64,000 nt of DNA from Actinomycetota bacterium. Lineage in GTDB: Bacteria > Actinomycetota > Thermoleophilia > Gaiellales > Gaiellaceae. The translations under genes and the position numbers were made by a program. A model generated the notes under the pieces. It searched no databases. It was not told the origin of the DNA and saw nothing but the letters and a program-made list of their open reading frames with translations. Positions 59,014 through 64,000 of this stretch are shown here, one piece after another; the first letter of the stretch is position 1; every line of letters begins with the position of its first letter. The stretch is taken from contig JBKOWS010000055.1 of the NCBI GenBank assembly GCA_046724565.1, positions 34,051 to 98,050 of the forward strand, in the 5' to 3' direction.

Positions 59014-60318
59014 TCACGCGTCTGTCAAGGCGTGTAAAACGTGGCGGTCGCTGGGACGCTCCGGGACAGGGAGGCGAATGCTGAACTCGGTTCCGATCGA
59101 CGAGCTCGCGACAGCGACATCGCCGCCCATGGCGCGAGCGAGCTCGCGCACGATTGCGAGCCCGAGACCGGTGCCGACTGGACGGTGACCGTTGTAACGC
59201 CGGAAGAGAAAAAACCGGTCGAACGCGCGCGGCACCTCTTCCGGTGCGATGCCCGGGCCCGTGTCCTTCACGTTCAGCCGCCCTGCAGCCGCGGCGAGCG
59301 TGATTGTGCCGCCGGGCGGAGTGCAACGCAAGGCGTTCTCGACGAGGTTTGACGCCGCCTGCAACAGACGGTCGCGATCGGCCAGCGCTGGAGCATGCTC
59401 GTGCCCTTCGACTTGTAGCCGCACGCCGAGCTCGCGTGCCCGTGCGTCATGACGTGTCGCGCTCTCACGCGCGATCTCCGCGAGATCGACCGGCTCGACT
59501 TGGATGTCGAACCGTCTCTGGTCCAGCCGGGCCAGATTGATCAGATCCATGATCAGCCGTTCGAGTCGTGTCGCCTCGGCGCGGATAACCTTCACCGCCC
59601 GCTCGGGCGTCATGACGCCCTCATCGAGCGCTTCCGAATAGCCACGGATCGCCGTCAGTGGAGTCTTCAGCTCGTGACTCACCGACAACAGGAACGAGCG
59701 CTCGGCGCTTCGAGCATGCGTCAGCTGCGTCGCCATCGTGTTGAACGATTCCGCGAGGTCGCGAAGCTCGCGCGAACCGCCCACCGGAAGGTGATCTGGC
59801 TCCTCTCCCTGCGCCAGTCGGCTGCTCGCGCGCGCGACGCGTCGAACCGGACGCGCGATGCTGCGAGCGAGGATGGCCGCGACAGCCGCAGCGACGATGC
59901 AGCCGAGCAGGCCGGCAGCTGCGAACGCGATCCAGAAGGGCTTACTCTCGGCCCGCACCGAGCTTGCAGTGCGCAGGAGCACGACCACGTCGCTGCCGCT
60001 GTCCTTGGTCGCGTAGAGGTAGTCATGTCCGTTGATCGTGATTCGGCCGGTCGAACGGGCGGGGAGGAGGAGCGACGCCTGTTTCCTCGGCAGTACCGAG
60101 AGGCGCTCGTCCTGGGTTGCGAGGAACCGCCCGAAGGAGCCGGCCGGAGGATGCACCTGCTCGTCTGCGAGCAGTGCCACCTGGCGCTGGAGACCGTCGT
60201 AGGCGCTGTGCTCGAGCGACCGGCGAACGAGATACGCGCCGACGAGGAGCGAGAGCGAGACGGCACCGAGAACGGCGGCGCCAATCGCAAGTCGCAGCCG
60301 TGCTTGCAGTGAGCTCAC
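59014..60318 (-). CDS. Sensor histidine kinase (2 TM, HAMP, HisKA, HATPase_c)
   Basis: H-box FLLSVSHELKTPLTAI; NLVENALRCT; DTGPGI; GTGLGLAIV. Confidence 0.9.
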   Translation of the reverse strand: MSSLQARLRLAIGAAVLGAVSLSLLVGAYLVRRSLEHSAYDGLQRQVALLADEQVHPPAGSFGRFLATQDERLSVLPRKQASLLLPARSTGRITINGHDYLYATKDSGSDVVVLLRTASSVRAESKPFWIAFAAAGLLGCIVAAAVAAILARSIARPVRRVARASSRLAQGEEPDHLPVGGSRELRDLAESFNTMATQLTHARSAERSFLLSVSHELKTPLTAIRGYSEALDEGVMTPERAVKVIRAEATRLERLIMDLINLARLDQRRFDIQVEPVDLAEIARESATRHDARARELGVRLQVEGHEHAPALADRDRLLQAASNLVENALRCTPPGGTITLAAAAGRLNVKDTGPGIAPEEVPRAFDRFFLFRRYNGHRPVGTGLGLAIVRELARAMGGDVAVASSSIGTEFSIRLPVPERPSDRHVLHALTDA

Positions 60319-60992
60319 GTACGGCCGTCCAGCAGGCGGTAACCGACGCCGCGTACGGTGTGGATCACGTCCGGACGTCCGAGCTTCTTGCGCAACTGGG
60401 CAACGTGGACGTCCACTGTGCGTGTCCCACCAGCGAACGTGAGACCCCAGACACGGTCGAGGAGCTGGTCGCGCCTCACGACCTGGCCGGCGTTGCGAGC
60501 GAGCTCCGCGAGCAGTTCGAACTCGAGCGTTCGGAGCGCGAGCTGCGAGCCTGCGAATGTCGCGCGACGCATGCGAAGGTCAATCCGGAGCTCCCCGACC
60601 TCGAGGACACGCGAGTCCGACGGTGCGGGCTCAGCTCGTCGGAGGACGGCGCGCACTCGCGCGACGAGCTCGCGCGGCGAGAACGGCTTGGTCAGATAGT
60701 CGTCAGCGCCGAGCTCGAGACCGATGACGCGATCCGCTTCCTCGTCACGGGCTGTCAGGATGAGAATCGGGACGTCACCGTCCCCGCGGAGCTGCCGGCA
60801 GAGCTCGAAGCCGTCGACGTCCGGTAGCCCGAGATCGAGCACGACGAAGCGCGGCCGTCGCCGATCCACCGCCTCGAGGCCGCCCTCGCCGGTGCATTCA
60901 CGTACAACCTCGAAGCCGGCCTGCTCGAGGTACGTACCTACGAGTGCGCTGATCGCTTCGTCGTCTTCGATGACAACCGCGACGCCGCTCAT
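60315..60992 (-). CDS. OmpR/PhoB-family response regulator
   Basis: VVIEDDEAI...VVLDLGLPDVDG...ILILTARD...winged helix LLAELARNAGQVVRRDQLLDRVWG...VDVHVAQLRKKL. Confidence 0.9.
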   Translation of the reverse strand: MSGVAVVIEDDEAISALVGTYLEQAGFEVVRECTGEGGLEAVDRRRPRFVVLDLGLPDVDGFELCRQLRGDGDVPILILTARDEEADRVIGLELGADDYLTKPFSPRELVARVRAVLRRAEPAPSDSRVLEVGELRIDLRMRRATFAGSQLALRTLEFELLAELARNAGQVVRRDQLLDRVWGLTFAGGTRTVDVHVAQLRKKLGRPDVIHTVRGVGYRLLDGRT

Positions 60993-61276
60993 GGCCGGGT
61001 CGCCCGGATCACAGTTGCCAGCCTGCCTGCGTGCTCGATGGTCGCCACGTCACCAAGCCGGAGCCGTCGCAGGCGCACGCGGCGTCCGTTCAGTGTGACG
61101 ACAGTCGCCCGGTCGATCCTGAACGTCACGCGGCTCCCGTCGAGCTCCCGGATCGCGATTCGTGGTGGTTGGACACGCACGACGATGCCACGGTCATCGC
61201 TCGCGTGGGCAGCCATGGCCAGGCGCGCCGGGAGGACGGCGGCGCAGAGCAGCACCAGCCAGAGCCGTCGCATCAC
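60989..61276 (-). CDS. Small secreted hypothetical protein, first gene of the OmpR-type TCS operon
   Basis: Signal peptide MMRRLWLVLLCAAVLPARLAMAAHA. ATGA overlap with the regulator start. Confidence 0.5.
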   Translation of the reverse strand: MMRRLWLVLLCAAVLPARLAMAAHASDDRGIVVRVQPPRIAIRELDGSRVTFRIDRATVVTLNGRRVRLRRLRLGDVATIEHAGRLATVIRATRP

Positions 61277-61358
61277 CAGGATCCTGGTCGACCCGCGTCA
61301 GCGCGGGGTGTGGTCTGTGTAAAGCGAACGTAAAACGACGCCCGGCGCGGCGTTGTTA

Positions 61359-61970
61359 CTACGCGGCGCGGGCGTGGGCAGTGTCCTCGACAAGCAGGCA
61401 CATCAGAACGACTGCATCGTCGCTCGACAATCCCTGGTCGCTGGTCAGCGAGCGCCAGGTCGGGAATGCGAGTGCGTGGCCGATTGCCGCGCGTGTCCGG
61501 CGCGCCCCGCGACCTCGCAGGCGGCGGCCCGTCATCAGCGTGTCCTGGATCGCGTTGAGGTAGTCGTAGAAGTTGCGAAGAAGGTGCTGGACGATCGGCA
61601 CGACGGGCTCGTCGCGGAGCAGGCTGACGTACATCGTCTGGGTGCGTGCGTAGAACGCGTACAGGTCGCGGAGCGCAGTCTCAGTGCGCTCTGCCGGGTC
61701 CTCGATCGCGGCCCACGCGCGGGGGTCGGGTCTCGGATTCGCGGCGCGCCAGTGTGACGAGCAGGCGGCGAACAGTGCGTTTTCGTCCGGAAAGTGGCGG
61801 TACACCGTTGAGCGCCGCACGCCTGCGCGCTCGGCGATGGCACTGATAGAGGTGCGCGCAGGCCCGAGCTCCTTATGAAGGGCGACGGCACTCTCGGTGA
61901 TCCGCCTGCGGGTCTCCTCTTCGAGCTCGGCACGCCGCTGCATCCGGTATGGGCGCTTTTGATCGGACAT
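61359..61970 (-). CDS. TetR-family transcriptional regulator
   Basis: ATG 61970 inside ORF 61359..62432. TRRRITESAVALHKELGPARTSISAIAERAGVRRSTVYRHFPDENAL. Confidence 0.85.
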   Translation of the reverse strand: MSDQKRPYRMQRRAELEEETRRRITESAVALHKELGPARTSISAIAERAGVRRSTVYRHFPDENALFAACSSHWRAANPRPDPRAWAAIEDPAERTETALRDLYAFYARTQTMYVSLLRDEPVVPIVQHLLRNFYDYLNAIQDTLMTGRRLRGRGARRTRAAIGHALAFPTWRSLTSDQGLSSDDAVVLMCLLVEDTAHARAA

Positions 61971-61979
61971 ATCCGTCCT

Positions 61980-62018
61980 GCGAATATTGACAGATGCGAT
62001 GATGCGACCTATATTCGC
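61980..62018 (+). promoter_or_regulatory. Promoter TTGACA-17 nt-TATATT flanked and overlapped by inverted repeat GCGAATAT...ATATTCGC
   Basis: -35 at 61987-61992 and -10 at 62010-62015. IR arms at 61980-61987 and 62011-62018. It lies between the divergent TetR and cupin genes. Confidence 0.5.
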
Positions 62019-62049
62019 GCGACAACACTGTCTAATAAAAGGAGCAGCC

Positions 62050-62580
62050 GTGGAGGCGACAGCATCAGGCGTGACGATCGTGGGTTCGGACGACGGCAAG
62101 GAGGGGTTCCTGGGAAGCATCGGCGTGCGCTTCATGATCGACGGGGCTGGGGCCGGGGAGCGCTTCTCGCTGGTCGAGCACCCGATGTCGCCGCGCGCGC
62201 TGGCCGCGCCGCTGCACCTGCACACGCGCGAGGACGAGTACAGCTTCGTACTCCAGGGGCGAATGGGCGCACTGCTGGGCGATGACGCCGTGGAGGCCGG
62301 GCCGGGCGACCTCGTTTTCAAGCCGCGCAACCAGTGGCACACGTTCTGGAACGCCGGCGATGAGCCGTGCCGGATCCTCGAGATCATCTCGCCGGCCGGC
62401 TTCGAGCGCTTCTTCCAGGAACTCGTCGACATGGGCGGCGTCGCCGAAGCGGACCCGGACGTGTTCGCACAGCTCAGGGAGCGTTACGGTCTCGAGATGC
62501 AGCCGGAGACGGTTCCCGAACTGCTCGAGCGCTTCCAGCTACGGATGGGCGAGCCGCTCTCCGGCGGCTGGAGGCCGTGA
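62050..62580 (+). CDS. Cupin-domain protein
   Basis: GTG 62050 after AAAGGAG. HLHTREDEYSFVLQGRMGALLGDDAVEAGPGDLVFKPRNQWHTFWN. Confidence 0.7.
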   Translation: MEATASGVTIVGSDDGKEGFLGSIGVRFMIDGAGAGERFSLVEHPMSPRALAAPLHLHTREDEYSFVLQGRMGALLGDDAVEAGPGDLVFKPRNQWHTFWNAGDEPCRILEIISPAGFERFFQELVDMGGVAEADPDVFAQLRERYGLEMQPETVPELLERFQLRMGEPLSGGWRP

Positions 62581-62599
62581 CTGAACAGCAAGAGAATCT

Positions 62600-63010
62600 G
62601 TGAACGATGCCGATCAATTTGAGCTCGTTCGTTTGATCACCGAGCTCACCTGGCGCATCGATCACGGAAGAGCCGCGACCGTCCACGAGCTGTTCGTCGA
62701 CGACGGCGAGCTCGTCCTGGGTCCGGAGGAAGTCGTGCGCGGACGCGAAGCGATCACGGAGTGGGGGCAGACCATCGACGAGGCAGGCTGGCGCATCCGG
62801 CATGTCATCTCGAACATGCGCTTCTCTGTTGACGCCGACGATGCCGCCGAGGGAACAACACTCGTCACCGCCTTCATGCACGAGCGCGACGAGCTCGGCA
62901 CCGCGGTGCCGTGGACTGTGGGCGAGGATCACGACCGGTTCGTGCGCACCGAGCAGGGTTGGCGCTTTGCGTCTCGCCGATGGGAGCAGCTGTTCCTTCG
63001 TCCGGCGTAG
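62600..63010 (+). CDS. SnoaL_4/NTF2-like fold protein
   Basis: QFELVRLITELTWRIDHGRAATVHELFVDDGEL...RHVISNMRF...FVRTEQGWRFASR. Confidence 0.7.
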   Translation: MNDADQFELVRLITELTWRIDHGRAATVHELFVDDGELVLGPEEVVRGREAITEWGQTIDEAGWRIRHVISNMRFSVDADDAAEGTTLVTAFMHERDELGTAVPWTVGEDHDRFVRTEQGWRFASRRWEQLFLRPA

Positions 63011-63106
63011 CCGCATCTCAGAGACAGATGTGCGCGGGCGACCGTAGGTTGACAGGCCGTGGCTAGAGTGAGTGCGGTGGCTCACTCAATCGGGAGGTGG
63101 CGTTAG

Positions 63107-63628
63107 GTGAATGGCGCGGTCGAGAAGGCGATCCTTGCCGGAGGATGTTTCTGGGGGATGCAGGATCTGATCCGGAAGCGACCTGGCGTTCTGTCGACGA
63201 GAGTGGGGTACACCGGCGGCGACGTTCCGAACGCGACCTACCGGAACCACGGGACGCACGCGGAGGCGATCGAGATCCTCTTCGACCCCGAGCAGACCTC
63301 GTACCGGGAACTGCTCGAGCTCTTCTTCCAGATCCACGATCCGACAACGCTGAACCGTCAGGGCAACGACATCGGGACGAGCTATAGGTCCGCGATCTTC
63401 TACCTCGACGACGAACAGCGCCGCGTCGCCGAGGAGACGATCGCCGACGTCGAGGCGTCGGGCCTCTGGCCGGGAAAGGTCGTGACCGAGGTCACTCCGG
63501 CAGGTCCGTTCTGGGAGGCCGAGCCCGAGCATCAGGACTACCTCGAGCGGTATCCGTACGGGTACACCTGCCACTTCCCGCGGCCGGATTGGGTCCTTCC
63601 GCAGCGGGCCAAGGCTGCCGCCGGCTAG
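63107..63628 (+). CDS. msrA: Peptide-methionine (S)-S-oxide reductase
   Basis: [14 protein letters not shown]...GYTGG...[18 protein letters not shown]...[17 protein letters not shown]. Confidence 0.9.
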   Translation: MNGAVEKAILAGGCFWGMQDLIRKRPGVLSTRVGYTGGDVPNATYRNHGTHAEAIEILFDPEQTSYRELLELFFQIHDPTTLNRQGNDIGTSYRSAIFYLDDEQRRVAEETIADVEASGLWPGKVVTEVTPAGPFWEAEPEHQDYLERYPYGYTCHFPRPDWVLPQRAKAAAG

Positions 63629-63749
63629 GTCGTCGCCGCCGCAGGGCGGATGGGCTGAGAGATCACGGCGGCACGCGCACGGTGGGTTGACGCGCGCGGG
63701 TGGCGTCTGGGTGCTGGCATCTGTCTGCCGACGAAGTCGGTGAGCGGCC

Positions 63750-64000
63750 CTAGCCGAACGTGAAGCAGTAGGCCTCGACGCCTGGAGCGAGGAAGGTGAT
63801 CTCGAAGAGGCGATCGGTGATCGATCCTCGCTCGCGGATCAACTGGTAGAGCCGCTGCTGGGCCACCGTTCCGTTGCCCTGTTCGTCGACGTCGAGCCCG
63901 TGCCCGTCACCGGGAGGTTCTCCGTCGACGGACACGCGGAACGGCACCGACGCGCCTCGCGTACGCGGTCCCATGACGAGATGGACGTCCCGGGCATGGA
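63750..64000 (-). CDS. C-terminal domain of a DipZ-like (thiol:disulfide interchange/cytochrome c biogenesis associated) protein; 5' part outside window
   Basis: The frame is open to the window edge: ...ARDVHLVMGPRTRGASVPFRVSVDGEPPGDGHGLDVDEQGNGTVAQQRLYQLIR...FEITFLAPGVEAYCFTFG. Confidence 0.55.
   Translation of the reverse strand, partial: HARDVHLVMGPRTRGASVPFRVSVDGEPPGDGHGLDVDEQGNGTVAQQRLYQLIRERGSITDRLFEITFLAPGVEAYCFTFG

Noticed and set aside
63066-63087. Small inverted repeat GAGTGAG-N8-CTCACTC upstream of msrA
   Set aside because: It has only 7-bp arms and no associated regulator or promoter match. It is too weak to call.
1-64000. Search for mobile elements, integrases, prophage, toxin-antitoxin pairs, CRISPR-Cas, tRNA and rRNA
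   Set aside because: No transposase, integrase or recombinase motifs, terminal inverted repeats with target duplications, repeat-spacer arrays or structured RNA genes were seen in any frame or strand. The accessory character comes from paralog expansion and gene decay, not from recognisable mobile DNA.

Overview
High-GC (about 70%) bacterial chromosomal segment. Gene content and promoter style (TTGACA/TANNNT promoters feeding leaderless or near-leaderless ATG/GTG starts, GTGA/ATGA overlaps) look like Actinomycetota, possibly a Thermoleophilia/Solirubrobacterales-like soil organism; the taxon is an inference only. I support about 75 protein genes. I found no rRNA, tRNA, CRISPR array, transposase, integrase or phage module. 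Content is accessory and regulatory: efflux and resistance (ABC exporters, five MFS genes plus one MFS fragment, a Tet(M)/OtrA-like ribosomal protection GTPase), many small regulators (LacI, 2x ArsR, 2x HxlR, MarR, 2x TetR, MmyB-XRE, wHTH), redox and stress enzymes (MsrA, Lon, nitroreductase, PNPOx, VOC, cupins, NhaA-DsbA fusion), two two-component systems, two class-III cyclase-homology (CHD) proteins, an ECF41-like sigma factor and a stand-alone LigD polymerase domain. Gene decay is frequent: a YciI/DGPF-ECF42-like sigma relic, an Ohr relic, a 5'-truncated MFS abutting a frameshifted RibD_C/DHFR-family gene, a second disrupted DHFR-family gene, an HxlR whose leaderless ATG is out of frame, and a LuxR-HTH relic. 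Several of the disruptions sit at short mononucleotide runs, so assembly error has to be excluded. The best candidates for undescribed biology are: (1) a signalling island at 53.6-57.9 kb with REC-only + multi-TM HisKA_3 kinase + NarL regulator, divergent from a small TM ORF coupled to an unusual CHD-REC fusion with a decayed HTH; (2) a translationally coupled cytoplasmic BNR/Asp-box propeller + GG-terminated MoaD/ThiS-like protein + ABM-fold protein, with no E1, MoaE or JAMM partner nearby; (3) LigD-Pol immediately followed by a histidine-phosphatase-superfamily gene; (4) an orphan OLD/Toprim-only protein; (5) mirrored face-to-face ECF41-type promoters. All functional calls rest on my reading of the translated ORFs, since no database search was possible.
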